Sequence record: MK327931.1
Direction: 5' to 3' (one strand)
DNA length: 64,000 nucleotides
Part shown: in pieces, positions 40,779 through 51,361 of the stretch
Layout: every line of letters starts with the position of its first letter
How positions within the stretch are numbered: the stretch's first letter is position 1
The notes under the pieces: generated by a model
What the model was told of the DNA's origin: nothing
The model's input: only the letters and a program-made list of their open reading frames with translations
Databases searched by the model: none
Made by a program: the position numbers and the translations under genes

Positions 40779-40807
40779 AAGTTAGTTCCTTATCTGTACA
40801 TTAAAAA

Positions 40808-40854
40808 GAGTGCGTTTTCAATAAGATTATATTAAAAACGCACTCATATGTCAA
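40808..40854 (-). promoter_or_regulatory. sigma70 promoter embedded in a terminator-like inverted repeat
   Basis: TTGACA-N17-TATAAT; arms GAGTGCGTTTT/AAAACGCACTC flank the -10. Confidence 0.8.
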
Positions 40855-40857
40855 CTA

Positions 40858-41994
40858 TTACTTGTTAGCTTTTTCGGCAATTTCACGAAGAGTGTCTTCC
40901 AGTTCATAGGAAAGTTGTGCAATTTCCTGTTTAGCACGTTCACGTTCCAATTTGCCTTTTTTCTCTTCTTCAATAACTGCTTCAATACTGTCAATCATCG
41001 TTTTATGTACATTACGCAAGGTTTTAATATCCACAATACCACGGTTGTTTGCCTTTGCTGCGTCCAACATATTTGCTGCAACCATTTTAGAGTTAGTTTC
41101 CAAAAGACGGTTTGTCTCATTATCAATTAGATTGCCTAGTTCATTATCCTTACGTTGACGCTCGGAAATTAACTGTTCAGCCAATTGAGACTTCCATGCT
41201 GGAATAACAACAGATTTTAAATCTTCAAACTTAGAAACAGTGTTCAAGTTTACTTTTTTCATACTCATCAAACGTGGACCACTTAGCTCGCACATCATGA
41301 TAAGACGACGAATCTTATCTTCTTGTTTAGAAAGTGCTTCACAAATCATCTTTTGCTCTTGAATAGCAAAAGAGTCTACATTTTTGTCTGCTTGCATTTC
41401 TAATAATAATGCATCTTGTGTTTTAGTTACTTCTTCTAAACCAACTAATGTATCACGTAATTCAAACAAATATTCTTTGTTTTCATTATATGCTTTATCA
41501 AGCCATTCACATTCTCCGTGCTGGCGATTAATACCAGTTTGAAGAGTTTTCATAATTTCGTCAATTTGCTCTTTACTGTTTTTGTACTGATCACCTACTT
41601 TCTGTTGAGCATTAACAAAGAATTTCTTAATACGACCAACAATTGATTTATCTTCTTGAAGACTGTCAATATCAACTGCACGAGTCAACGTAAGAATTGT
41701 GGTGATTGATTTACCAAACTCGGTATTGTCATCCGTTACATTAACTTTAGACATAATTTCATCAGCCAAACGCCCAACAGCAGCACCAGCAGTTGTACCA
41801 ACAGTATTGATGTTTTGAACTGTTAGAGACATAGTATTTCCCTTAACATCTTTCAGTACTGGTAGTGATTTTGTAGTTTGGTTAAAAATATCACTTGCAT
41901 CAATTGTATGACCTTTAGACGCAGTTTTAGTAGTGCGTTTTGCTGATTTAGCTGCGGTGGATGCTTTTTTAGGATTGATTTCTTTCTCGGACAT
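40858..41994 (-). CDS. telA: TelA-family toxic anion resistance protein
   Basis: Helical protein with IPAWKSQL and C-terminal NRGIVDIKTL...IDSIE pattern. Confidence 0.7.
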   Translation of the reverse strand: MSEKEINPKKASTAAKSAKRTTKTASKGHTIDASDIFNQTTKSLPVLKDVKGNTMSLTVQNINTVGTTAGAAVGRLADEIMSKVNVTDDNTEFGKSITTILTLTRAVDIDSLQEDKSIVGRIKKFFVNAQQKVGDQYKNSKEQIDEIMKTLQTGINRQHGECEWLDKAYNENKEYLFELRDTLVGLEEVTKTQDALLLEMQADKNVDSFAIQEQKMICEALSKQEDKIRRLIMMCELSGPRLMSMKKVNLNTVSKFEDLKSVVIPAWKSQLAEQLISERQRKDNELGNLIDNETNRLLETNSKMVAANMLDAAKANNRGIVDIKTLRNVHKTMIDSIEAVIEEEKKGKLERERAKQEIAQLSYELEDTLREIAEKANK

Positions 41995-42023
41995 TTAGTA
42001 TTCCTCGTTTAATTTAATATGAT

Positions 42024-42071
42024 GTGCTGCTCTGTGATAAACATTATACGGGCAGCACGTATGATAGTCAA
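42024..42071 (-). promoter_or_regulatory. sigma70 promoter with an inverted repeat around the -10
   Basis: TTGACT-N17-TATAATGTTT; GTGCTGC/GCAGCAC arms. Confidence 0.8.
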
Positions 42072-43207
42072 GTATTTTTTAACTCTTTGTTACCATATGC
42101 CAGATTACGAATAATTTCTACAGTACTCTCATCCACAGCTTTACCTGTCTGTGATTGTAAACGATTGATAATCAAAGGAATAGTAATAGTTTGAAGATCT
42201 ACCATACGATTCATATCAACTTGATATTGCTTACTTGTTGCAATAATGCTCGTTTCAGTCATGGAGGTGGTGATTCCCATTTTCATAATACGTTCTAATG
42301 TTAATTCATATTCAAACGCATCATCCACACAACGTAGTGCGTATTCACAACCCAACTTACCATATTCAAGTTCATTTTTGATTTCATTAACTTCGTTTCT
42401 AAGTTCTGAAAACATCGTACTAAGACCACTAAACTTATTAGTGTCATACTTAACTGCTTCATTTAGTGCTTTCATCACTTTTGGCAAATCTGATGGTTGC
42501 ACTTTGATATCAGTTTTACCAAACAATTTCTGTGTAAAGGTCGGCTTCAATGGGAACAACGTCTCCAACGCAACAGTAAGGTTATTCATAAGCATTCTAA
42601 TATAATCACTATGCTGTTGTAATGCTGAGTTAAGATCCAATTGACGTTCTGAAATTTGTTGAATCTTAGTTCCAATTTCTTGTGCACAAACTGGTAAGTT
42701 TACAAACCAGTCTAGTACTTTTACTGAATTCTTTTCAATAGTACTAGGGAATTCAACCCATCTTTCAATGTCATCAATTCTGCTATCGTCTGGGTTGATA
42801 GGTTTTTTCTTAAGAACAATAGGTGCAGGTACATCTGGTGATGTTTGTACCAAGTCTAAACGTGGTTTGGCACGACCTTCTTTCCATTCACGATATTCAC
42901 GCTCTAATGGCGGTACTGGCATGTTAGGATCAATTCTAATATTACTAAAATGAATTTTATCCTTCATTAAATCAAGAACTTTCAGACGTTTATTATCAAA
43001 ATAGATTTCATCTAATGACAGAGTTTTTACATCAAATAACGGATTACCCAGCGAGTCATAGGTGCGACGTACAATTACATTGTAAATGTATTTTTTGTTT
43101 GATGAACGGTCATATTGTTTCAATAAAGAGTTCAGTACATAATTATAGTTAAATTCTTGAATCTCAACTTCTTTGCCATTTTCAATGAAAAAATATTTAC
43201 CTTTCAT
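42068..43207 (-). CDS. hypothetical protein, C-terminal helical part possibly TelA-related
   Basis: Adjacent to telA; TFTQKLFG echoes IVGRIKKFF. Confidence 0.65.
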   Translation of the reverse strand: MKGKYFFIENGKEVEIQEFNYNYVLNSLLKQYDRSSNKKYIYNVIVRRTYDSLGNPLFDVKTLSLDEIYFDNKRLKVLDLMKDKIHFSNIRIDPNMPVPPLEREYREWKEGRAKPRLDLVQTSPDVPAPIVLKKKPINPDDSRIDDIERWVEFPSTIEKNSVKVLDWFVNLPVCAQEIGTKIQQISERQLDLNSALQQHSDYIRMLMNNLTVALETLFPLKPTFTQKLFGKTDIKVQPSDLPKVMKALNEAVKYDTNKFSGLSTMFSELRNEVNEIKNELEYGKLGCEYALRCVDDAFEYELTLERIMKMGITTSMTETSIIATSKQYQVDMNRMVDLQTITIPLIINRLQSQTGKAVDESTVEIIRNLAYGNKELKNT

Positions 43208-43248
43208 TATAAAACCTCATAATCAATTAAAATTTACGCTATGGTGAT

Positions 43249-43277
43249 ATTGTACATACTTCGACTACACATGTCAA
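43249..43277 (-). promoter_or_regulatory. sigma70-type promoter
   Basis: TTGACA-N17-TACAAT. Confidence 0.8.
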
Positions 43278-43287
43278 CACCTGAAAA

Positions 43288-43318
43288 GAAAAAAGGACGC
43301 ACCTTAGTGCATCCTTTT
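43288..43318 (-). terminator. intrinsic terminator
   Basis: AAAAGGAUGCAC-uaag-GUGCGUCCUUUUUU. Confidence 0.85.
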
Positions 43319-44122
43319 GTTACTTTTATCCTTGTACCATACAAATGTCTTGACAGGTGGATATTTTTCATTCTTTGGTGGTTCAGGCATGTCGTATACA
43401 GTTGCATTTCTAAACTTAAGAATGTATGTGTCCATTAAACGGATTATACAATAGTTTAAACATTTTTGTGCTCTTTCTTTCCAAAAATGTTTATATGGTT
43501 CTGGACAACCAAGATAATCAAGTTTATACATACTCATAGCAACTTGCATAAATCTTTGGGCCGAGAATTTTCGCTTATCAATCTTACTTGCTCTGTGTTG
43601 GTCACATGTCCAACTTGATACACCAGGCAAGTGACAAAACAAATCAAAACTAACCATACTATCAAAGTATTTGTTATGACCATGTAACTCACCATAAAAT
43701 ACAGCTTCTGACACAGTATCATATAATGAGAAATTTGAATGTATATGTTCATTATCAAAAATACTTTTTAAATCTTTATAAGTTTCTGGAACAGGTGGCT
43801 CAGGTAATACTTCACCGAATACTTCAACACACCATATCTTCCATAAACCTTTTGTAAATTTATTTTCTAATTCTCTATCACTATCAATATAAAAAGTTTT
43901 TTCATTTATGAAAACTTTTCTAGCCATGTATGCTTTAAAAATTGCATCTGGATCAATGTCTTCACGATTTACATCATCCCAGCCTTTACCAATTCTTGAA
44001 ATTTCAAATCTACGCATATACATACGACATGCTAAATCTTTAGTAAGGCTGCGACGATACTTTTCATCCTGATGTAATTTGGTTGTTTCGTGAAGAGATT
44101 TAAGCATATTTAAAATTCTCAT
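43304..44122 (-). CDS. hypothetical protein
   Basis: 272-aa ORF, no motif recognised. Confidence 0.8.
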   Translation of the reverse strand: MRILNMLKSLHETTKLHQDEKYRRSLTKDLACRMYMRRFEISRIGKGWDDVNREDIDPDAIFKAYMARKVFINEKTFYIDSDRELENKFTKGLWKIWCVEVFGEVLPEPPVPETYKDLKSIFDNEHIHSNFSLYDTVSEAVFYGELHGHNKYFDSMVSFDLFCHLPGVSSWTCDQHRASKIDKRKFSAQRFMQVAMSMYKLDYLGCPEPYKHFWKERAQKCLNYCIIRLMDTYILKFRNATVYDMPEPPKNEKYPPVKTFVWYKDKSNKRMH

Positions 44123-44799
44123 CGCAACACCAAATATTTCCCGTTTCTTCCAATTACATATTGATCACCACTTCGTAGTACTGTATAGCTTTCCCCTAGT
44201 ATGGAACTAAGACGCGAAGTGTCTAATTGTGTATCATTCTTTAATAACTTTTTCACATATGTTTCTGAAACAAAACCGCTTCCAGTACTGTAATGTAATT
44301 TACCATATGCTGTTTTTAATGTCAACATGTTTCCTTCTTTGATTACTGAAACACCAGCATAATCAAGGAACTCACTAATTGAACTAGGAATACCCAAATC
44401 AATTCTCTGCTGTATTTCTTCAAAATCAACATCGATTGGGTCATTAACACCATATAGTTGTATTTTCCAACCTGGGTCTGGACAAATATTTTCAATAGTT
44501 TTAATTAAACGTAAAAGTTTTTCAGGGAATTCAGCATTTCGTTCCATTTCAACATAAACTTGATATCGACCATCTAAATTTGGTGTTTCTGCTGCTTCTG
44601 TATCAGCTACATCAATAGGTGATTTTTCAATAAAAGAAGATAAATCATATGCTGCATCAAAATTGTTAAGTACCTGAAACATAATAACAATATTACTATC
44701 TTCAATTTTAGGAGTATATTCATCAACACTAATGATAGGATGAATCAAATCTTTGAGAACTTGCGGACGTAAGCCTTGTTCATTTAATTTCTTTTTCAT
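44119..44799 (-). CDS. hypothetical late protein
   Basis: Co-transcribed from the TAAATA promoter at 45400. Confidence 0.75.
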   Translation of the reverse strand: MKKKLNEQGLRPQVLKDLIHPIISVDEYTPKIEDSNIVIMFQVLNNFDAAYDLSSFIEKSPIDVADTEAAETPNLDGRYQVYVEMERNAEFPEKLLRLIKTIENICPDPGWKIQLYGVNDPIDVDFEEIQQRIDLGIPSSISEFLDYAGVSVIKEGNMLTLKTAYGKLHYSTGSGFVSETYVKKLLKNDTQLDTSRLSSILGESYTVLRSGDQYVIGRNGKYLVLR

Positions 44800-45362
44800 T
44801 ACATTCCACCTTCTTGTGTCTCATCCGTTACTTCTACATCTAAATCCACATCATCACCAGTTACAGGTTCTTCAATATTCTCAGGAGAATTCATTGGATT
44901 ACTATTGAATTCTGCTGCCATTAGTTTATATTCATCAAAACTTTCTGGATTAATCAAGTTTCGTGGAATCTGCACTCTAACCAATAGTACTGGTATTCTT
45001 TCATTTTTTGGTATACGTACCGATCCTGATTGTGTCGCAACACTTTTCATATCAGCTTGTCGATTAGGTTCTTTGATAGGAGTTATTTCATAATCAGCTT
45101 TAACATATACTTTAGTACCATGCTTCTCCAAAATAGAGAATGCTGTCGGATCAGGGAAGTTTTCACGATAGTATTTAAAAGTTACAGTACACCAATACTT
45201 ACTTACAATTGGCCCCTCTACCAACTCACCCTCAATAATTCCTTTATACGCATATAAATCATTATCATCGAAATATTTCTCTACAGCAAGAAGTATATCT
45301 AACATACCACTGTTATCATACAACTGCTGAATAGCATTATCTGTATAATCTAAATCGTCCAT
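44799..45362 (-). CDS. hypothetical late protein, acidic tail
   Basis: TAAATA at 45400-45405; AGGA SD. Confidence 0.75.
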   Translation of the reverse strand: MDDLDYTDNAIQQLYDNSGMLDILLAVEKYFDDNDLYAYKGIIEGELVEGPIVSKYWCTVTFKYYRENFPDPTAFSILEKHGTKVYVKADYEITPIKEPNRQADMKSVATQSGSVRIPKNERIPVLLVRVQIPRNLINPESFDEYKLMAAEFNSNPMNSPENIEEPVTGDDVDLDVEVTDETQEGGM

Positions 45363-45458
45363 ATTTTATATTATCCTTAAAAACTAGCACATATAATACT
45401 ATTTACTACTTTTAAAATACAACAAAAGGGGTTTGAATCAAACCCCAATTTAAAAGTT

Positions 45459-46103
45459 TTATTTGTAATATTTACCTAGTACTGAATAAATTTTCAATCT
45501 AAGATCTGTCCAGTTCTCAATGTATTCAAAATTACCAGTGTTCTTATACATTGAATTATGAGAACATCCCATCATAACTGACGGAATGCCAAGTCCCATT
45601 GCAGTTTCAATATTATTGATATAATCATCAATCATAAGTTTTACATCATATCTAGACTGTAAATCCTCTAGTGCTTGTTTCTTTGATTCATTCATTTCGA
45701 TAATAATAATCTCATCAAAACAGTTTTCACCAAATTCACGCATTAGGTTTACATTACGTAAAACTTCACCATAACCTTTTTTACCACATTTCGTTAGTAC
45801 TACAAATTTTTCTTTATGAAAACGATCACGTAGCTCTTGTACAATATCAACTGTATTTGGTTCGACTGGTTTTAACAACCCAAACAAATATGATTGTTGG
45901 TTGAATTGTTCAAGAATTTTTTTAACTTCTTGTTGGGGGACACCCAACCAATCGGATAAATCATATTCTAATGGGTATGGTGTTGATGGTGTGATATTAT
46001 AAGTTTGTTTTACAAACTCAGAAAGCATACCCATATGGTCCAATAGAACTTCATCACAATCAAAAACTATACAACGTGGTTTCATTACATGTTCCCCGAA
46101 CAA
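45459..46103 (-). CDS. HAD-superfamily 5'(3')-deoxyribonucleotidase-like phosphatase
   Basis: Motif I FDCDEVL; motif IV IDDY. Confidence 0.8.
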   Translation of the reverse strand: MFGEHVMKPRCIVFDCDEVLLDHMGMLSEFVKQTYNITPSTPYPLEYDLSDWLGVPQQEVKKILEQFNQQSYLFGLLKPVEPNTVDIVQELRDRFHKEKFVVLTKCGKKGYGEVLRNVNLMREFGENCFDEIIIIEMNESKKQALEDLQSRYDVKLMIDDYINNIETAMGLGIPSVMMGCSHNSMYKNTGNFEYIENWTDLRLKIYSVLGKYYK

Positions 46104-47074
46104 ATTAGGTCAATCTCACACAGTAAAGCACTAAGATTCATTTCACGGTCTGATACTGTTGCTTGCTTAACAACTGCATCACGAATTTTAACTTTAATCT
46201 TCATCAGTGTGATTTCATCAGTACTGAACATTTCAGCATTTCTGTACAAGTAAGAGAAAAATGCATCCATCTCATCATCAGGGATATTTTGTACAATTTG
46301 TTCACGCATTTGGCGAATGTTGCCTGCCTTTAATGCTTCAACAATTGCAGTACGATACCCTGCTGAATTTTCAATACTATCTTCAAGTTTTACTAGCTTA
46401 CCATCAACAACTGAACTTTGCAATACGTTTAGTGTTTTACGGAAATCAGGATAGGAAGCATTGATGTACTTTTGAACTTGTTCAACACTATCATCACTAC
46501 TCAAATCAACACCTTCTGCTAGAAGAATATTATAAATTCGAGTCATGAATTGTTCCATATCATGCTTTTCGATTGTAATAACTTGAACACGAGAAATGAT
46601 AGGTTTTTGAATTTTATGTGGTTCGTTACTTGTTAAAATAAAGCGAGCATTTTCATGATAGTCTTCCATTACACGTTTCAAACTACCTTGTGCTTTGTGG
46701 TTCATCTGCTCCATTTCTTCAAGAACAAAAATACGATATCTACCAAAACATGATAGCTTTGCTGCGGCATCGATTTTGTCACGAACAGCATCAATGCCTT
46801 CATCGGACATGTTAAGCGTGGTCACATCACTTGGATCAAGGTGTCCATTTTGAACTAGTCCATTAATTAGTACTTTGATCGCAGATGTTTTACCAGTTCC
46901 TGCTGGGCCAAAAAACCCAATATGTGGAATGTCACCAGTCTTAATCCATTCTTCCATTTTCTGGCGTAGTGCATCGTTTTTTGATACATAATCTTCCATT
47001 GATTGTGGGCGATATTTTTCAGTCCATAGTGTGGTCATTTGTATTTCCTTATGTGTACGTGTTATAGAATCCAA
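46085..47074 (-). CDS. gp44: sliding-clamp loader ATPase subunit (gp44/RFC-like)
   Basis: LWTEKYRP, Walker A GPAGTGKT, LEEMEQM Walker B, RFILTSN, ISR. Confidence 0.92.
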   Translation of the reverse strand: MDSITRTHKEIQMTTLWTEKYRPQSMEDYVSKNDALRQKMEEWIKTGDIPHIGFFGPAGTGKTSAIKVLINGLVQNGHLDPSDVTTLNMSDEGIDAVRDKIDAAAKLSCFGRYRIFVLEEMEQMNHKAQGSLKRVMEDYHENARFILTSNEPHKIQKPIISRVQVITIEKHDMEQFMTRIYNILLAEGVDLSSDDSVEQVQKYINASYPDFRKTLNVLQSSVVDGKLVKLEDSIENSAGYRTAIVEALKAGNIRQMREQIVQNIPDDEMDAFFSYLYRNAEMFSTDEITLMKIKVKIRDAVVKQATVSDREMNLSALLCEIDLICSGNM

Positions 47075-47334
47075 TCGGCTGAATTATATAATAAAGCCGT
47101 GAAAAGTTCTTCTGTCATTTCCAATTGATTTAATAAAAAATTAAAAGAATTTGCCTTATTTTTAATCCCAGTACTTTCAGCTTGGGCTGATGCAACTAAT
47201 AAAACTTTAAACATATCATGTGAAACTTCATATACATATTTGGTATTTTTTCTATCTTCAAACATGAATCTTCCGTTTTTAGATACTAATGTTACATCCT
47301 TGAAACTAAATTTTCCATCATCAGTTATCATCAA
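47062..47334 (-). CDS. hypothetical protein
   Basis: ORF in packed operon. Confidence 0.65.
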   Translation of the reverse strand: MMITDDGKFSFKDVTLVSKNGRFMFEDRKNTKYVYEVSHDMFKVLLVASAQAESTGIKNKANSFNFLLNQLEMTEELFTALLYNSADWIL

Positions 47335-47387
47335 AATCTGTCCAAATAAAAAGCCCAGATATTCATCCGAGCTTTAATTATATTTTA

Positions 47388-47714
47388 TTAACGACCAAAG
47401 GTTAGCATTTTAGTTCGTGGATCTTCATCTGAAACTAAACTAACTGCGGCTGGATAATCAACCAAGTTTAATTCAATACCATCAACTTCAATAGTTCTTG
47501 ACCATCGACCATGATCAATTAAAATCCATTGACCTTCTTTAATATCAGTAATGTCTTCGCCTACAGAATAAACTTTTGCCCAGCGAGAACGAATACCTCT
47601 AATTTTACCGTCATCGTTTGTTAAAACGATACCACCTGCTGTTTTGCGTTCACCATGTTCCAGTTCAGTTACCAGTACTTTACCTTTACATGCAGTCATT
47701 ACTTTATTAGTCAT
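47388..47714 (-). CDS. groES: co-chaperonin GroES (cpn10)
   Basis: KVLV..LE..ERKTAGGIVL mobile loop; AKVYSVG. Confidence 0.88.
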   Translation of the reverse strand: MTNKVMTACKGKVLVTELEHGERKTAGGIVLTNDDGKIRGIRSRWAKVYSVGEDITDIKEGQWILIDHGRWSRTIEVDGIELNLVDYPAAVSLVSDEDPRTKMLTFGR

Positions 47715-47722
47715 TTAATATA

Positions 47723-48067
47723 TTACTCCTGATCTTTGGTTCTAGCTCGACGTGGTGCTTTCTTCTCTTCAGAAACCTCAGCTTCTTGTTCTTCGGGCTT
47801 AACTTCAAAACTCTCATCATCCCATACTTCATCCGTACCATGTTCAGTACTATGAAGTTGATGTTCAGGGATATAATCAGGAATTTGCATTTCTCGTTCT
47901 TTTTCTTGAATCAACTCTTCACGAGTTTTAATAATTGTTCCACCTGAACCGATTTTATCACCACGTGCGTTTAAATTAGCATTACCTAATGCTACCTGAT
48001 GTTGATTTTGGTACTTGAGCATATCCATGTCAATTGTTGTACCACGATAAGTTGTATGTTTAGACAT
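47723..48067 (-). CDS. hypothetical protein
   Basis: ORF with AGGA SD; acidic C-terminus. Confidence 0.75.
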   Translation of the reverse strand: MSKHTTYRGTTIDMDMLKYQNQHQVALGNANLNARGDKIGSGGTIIKTREELIQEKEREMQIPDYIPEHQLHSTEHGTDEVWDDESFEVKPEEQEAEVSEEKKAPRRARTKDQE

Positions 48068-48130
48068 ATCAAAATCCTTTTATTGTATGTGTGATATAAG
48101 CCTACAATAAACATTATATCACATGTTTTT

Positions 48131-48649
48131 CTACCATTTCAAAAATTCGTTAACATCAAGTTCATACTTCAATGAATCTACCATATGTAGTCCAATCAAA
48201 AACAAACAGTATGATGCAACAGAGCTTCCACGACCTAGACCCCAAAAGATCTCATTTTCTTCCATATAATCAACAAGCCATATCATACATCTTAGTAGCT
48301 TTGTCATATTATAATATTCATATAAATCAAGTTCATACTCAACACGTTTTCGTGCTTCATCGGATGTGCATTTTTGTAAGAAAAAGTCACGCAGATTTAT
48401 ATTGTCGTATACTGGATCATATCGCCACAGTTCATGATTTTTATCATGCTCAATTGTATAATCCAGCATACGTTGTTCTAAGCCAAATTTTTTACAGTTA
48501 TCATTGAATTTCAACCTTTCAGGTTCATCAATTTCCTGCAATTGTAAGTACTGGATATCTGCACCGCAATTGATTGCATAAACAACTGCGTTAAGATTAC
48601 ATTTCACATCACCATTGGGACTTATAAATCTGTTTCCTTGTACTTTCAT
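48131..48649 (-). CDS. stand-alone fragment of DNA polymerase III alpha (DnaE) ending before the catalytic aspartates
   Basis: RVEYEL...GLGRGSSVASY.L.LIG.H.VD..KY.L...EFL. Confidence 0.8.
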   Translation of the reverse strand: MKVQGNRFISPNGDVKCNLNAVVYAINCGADIQYLQLQEIDEPERLKFNDNCKKFGLEQRMLDYTIEHDKNHELWRYDPVYDNINLRDFFLQKCTSDEARKRVEYELDLYEYYNMTKLLRCMIWLVDYMEENEIFWGLGRGSSVASYCLFLIGLHMVDSLKYELDVNEFLKW

Positions 48650-48920
48650 TTTTCTTCTTCTGGGCCTCTTCGTTGTCAGTTAGATATGAATCCATATCGA
48701 AGATACATGGATCTTCTTCGTCATAAACAGTTTTTTCTTTTTGTCCTTGGCGAAGTTCTAGTTCAGCATAACATTGATTTAAGACAGTTTGCATATTACC
48801 AATAATCATGTCGCTTAGGCCAGCAGCACGAGCAGAAGTTAAACGCATTGACTGTTCATTAATTTTTAACTGTAGTTCTTTTTCCGTCATTCCAGACGGG
48901 TCAAAAAACGGATTAAACAT
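48609..48920 (-). CDS. hypothetical protein
   Basis: ORF with GGAGG SD. Confidence 0.75.
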   Translation of the reverse strand: MFNPFFDPSGMTEKELQLKINEQSMRLTSARAAGLSDMIIGNMQTVLNQCYAELELRQGQKEKTVYDEEDPCIFDMDSYLTDNEEAQKKKNESTRKQIYKSQW

Positions 48921-48921
48921 A

Positions 48922-51342
48922 TTAACCTCCTATGTTATTGTTTTGCAATGTAATCAAAAATGTATCTGAAACATAATTCACTGATTCATGCGAAAAGTAT
49001 CCGAATTCAACCGATGTGATTTCGAACTCTACACCTACCATTGTACCATGTTCATTGTTCTGAAGTAAAGTGTTGAAAAATGCTTCACCTTTGCCTGGTT
49101 GACAATATGCAACTGGAATGATAGGCATGAATTTTTTCTGTATACCATCTTCAATGTATGGGTGATTCATAAATCTTGGGACCGTATCAAGCATTTCATC
49201 ACTGATACTTGGTATCGCATCAACGTATAGACCACGATTTTGTAAATCGGTTGGGTCTTTTACTAAGTTGGTTGTGTCTTCACCAATAGCCTGAAAAATA
49301 TTTTGTCGTAAACCAAATAATTCACCAAGCTGACCGTTGTCGATTTGAGTATATTGACGTGGATTTTTGGATACAGATACTAAAGAACCTTCAGGTAAAA
49401 CCTCTCTATATAATAGATCATATTGTAAGTTACCTTGATTGTCAAGTGCTGATATTATTTTATAATTACCCATTACCATTTTAAATTTTCCATTTGGAAT
49501 AGTAGTTCCATTTGGGTTAATTATACTATTTCTCAATACTTTCTTGATATCAGAAAGGTTAGTATATGGATACGTTTGACTTAGGAAGTTTTCTTTCAAT
49601 AACATCTTCGGTATTTTCTGAAGACCATATCTATTGTCAGATTGTCGGAAAAATAGTTGATTAGTGAATGATGAAGTACTTATACATTTAAACCATTCTC
49701 TCTCAAATGCAACCGAAGGTAATACATGTGCACTCAAATAATTCTGTCCGAATCCTCTTACAATCTTAAGGTTAAATATTTTTCTTGCTTCACCACCTTC
49801 AGTACTAAATGCTTTAACATAAAACGATAATTTAATATCATCATTTTCACTAAAATCAATACTTTTGGCATATGCAGTTCCTACAAGATATCCATCTGGT
49901 GTCAAATCTATCCCATACTTTCTAATGTCATCACCACCATCTAAAACATACGAAACTTGATTAGAGCTATCAGTTTCAATTTTAGGATATATACTGTCTC
50001 CAAAATATTCACCAACATGTATGGTTCCTAAATCACTATCAGTAATAAAGTTTATATTATTACCTTCTTCTGCGTTTATCAAAACCCTGAACATTTTTTG
50101 CATACCAATGATATTATCACCAAGAGTAGAGTCATAATATCCTAAATCAATCCAATCACTACTATCATAAACGGGCTTAATTGTTCCATTATCGTATTCA
50201 CCACTAATTACGTATGGATACACAACATTATCTTTTAATTGATATAAATGATTGGGTAGTGGTTTTTCTGAAATAGAATATATAGTATCTATGTCTTCAG
50301 GACAAACCCACATTTGATATGCTTTATATCGTTGATTGATAGCAAACCTTTCACTTTCTTCGGTGTATGTACTTAATATATCAACAATCTCAACTTTAAA
50401 ATATGCATCACAAGCATCTGAGTCATATAAAAATGTTTGCAATAATTGCCCATTTGGGTTGAACACCATTCCAGTGTCAATTAAATTACCATTTCTATTT
50501 TGAATATTAACTTTTACTTCTTTGTTTATACCAGAAATAGGCCATGTTGATTGTGCTGGCTTGAATACTGCGAAATCATTCGTAATATGTTTATCTGGAA
50601 CTTCAGAAATATCCATGTCAATCAAACGATATGCTGGAAAAAAGACACGAGGTGTAATATCAGTAGTCATGTCAGTACCCAAAATGAAAGGTCGTCTTCT
50701 TCCAAATCCTTGAACGAACAATGTACTGTTGGAGCCATACTCAACATCACCAATACAATAAAGCTTTTTGTCATCACCAATCTCAACTCCGGGTGTAACC
50801 CAAACTTCTTGACTATCATATGTTATTGATGTATCAGTTAATCCTAGAACACCACTTGGTGAAATATTTCCAAAATACATAACATTTACTGCTTGTAAAT
50901 AAAAATTTATAATTTCTGTATTATTATAGGTTCCATCATTTTTACAATGAATTTTTATAAAATAAACATCTTCACTATTAGTACTTGCAGATAAGTTAAA
51001 TTCATTTTTGCTGATTTTACACTTATGCTTACCATTTACTAATTTATTACCAGTTGTACCATCTGAAATAGGAACAAAAGTATTTTCGTCATTACCAACA
51101 TAAAAAGTATAATGTGGTTCTGGATCAAATACAGCACCTGAACTATCCAAGCATTGTATGTTAAGAATCATTTCTAAGTATTCATCTTCATTTAATACAT
51201 AGCTATCATCCGTTGTGCTTTCTTTATTGATACTCAAACGCACAAGAATGTCTTGTCCTTCTTGTATATATCGAGCATCGGCTTTTATATCCCATCGTGG
51301 GGTAAAAGTTGTCATTATAATTCTCCATAGCCAAGCTGCCAT
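48922..51342 (-). CDS. large putative virion structural (baseplate or tail) protein
   Basis: 806 aa, beta-rich, preceded by a perfect TATAAATA. Confidence 0.65.
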   Translation of the reverse strand: MAAWLWRIIMTTFTPRWDIKADARYIQEGQDILVRLSINKESTTDDSYVLNEDEYLEMILNIQCLDSSGAVFDPEPHYTFYVGNDENTFVPISDGTTGNKLVNGKHKCKISKNEFNLSASTNSEDVYFIKIHCKNDGTYNNTEIINFYLQAVNVMYFGNISPSGVLGLTDTSITYDSQEVWVTPGVEIGDDKKLYCIGDVEYGSNSTLFVQGFGRRRPFILGTDMTTDITPRVFFPAYRLIDMDISEVPDKHITNDFAVFKPAQSTWPISGINKEVKVNIQNRNGNLIDTGMVFNPNGQLLQTFLYDSDACDAYFKVEIVDILSTYTEESERFAINQRYKAYQMWVCPEDIDTIYSISEKPLPNHLYQLKDNVVYPYVISGEYDNGTIKPVYDSSDWIDLGYYDSTLGDNIIGMQKMFRVLINAEEGNNINFITDSDLGTIHVGEYFGDSIYPKIETDSSNQVSYVLDGGDDIRKYGIDLTPDGYLVGTAYAKSIDFSENDDIKLSFYVKAFSTEGGEARKIFNLKIVRGFGQNYLSAHVLPSVAFEREWFKCISTSSFTNQLFFRQSDNRYGLQKIPKMLLKENFLSQTYPYTNLSDIKKVLRNSIINPNGTTIPNGKFKMVMGNYKIISALDNQGNLQYDLLYREVLPEGSLVSVSKNPRQYTQIDNGQLGELFGLRQNIFQAIGEDTTNLVKDPTDLQNRGLYVDAIPSISDEMLDTVPRFMNHPYIEDGIQKKFMPIIPVAYCQPGKGEAFFNTLLQNNEHGTMVGVEFEITSVEFGYFSHESVNYVSDTFLITLQNNNIGG

Positions 51343-51353
51343 TATCTATAGAT

Positions 51354-51361
51354 TATTTATA
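51354..51361 (-). promoter_or_regulatory. T4-type late promoter
   Basis: TATAAATA directly after the terminator hairpin at 51372-51392. Confidence 0.7.

Noticed and set aside
45377-45416. Inverted repeat around the late promoter at 45400
   Set aside because: Only 7 A/T base pairs, expected by chance in this composition; the TAAATA itself is kept as supporting evidence
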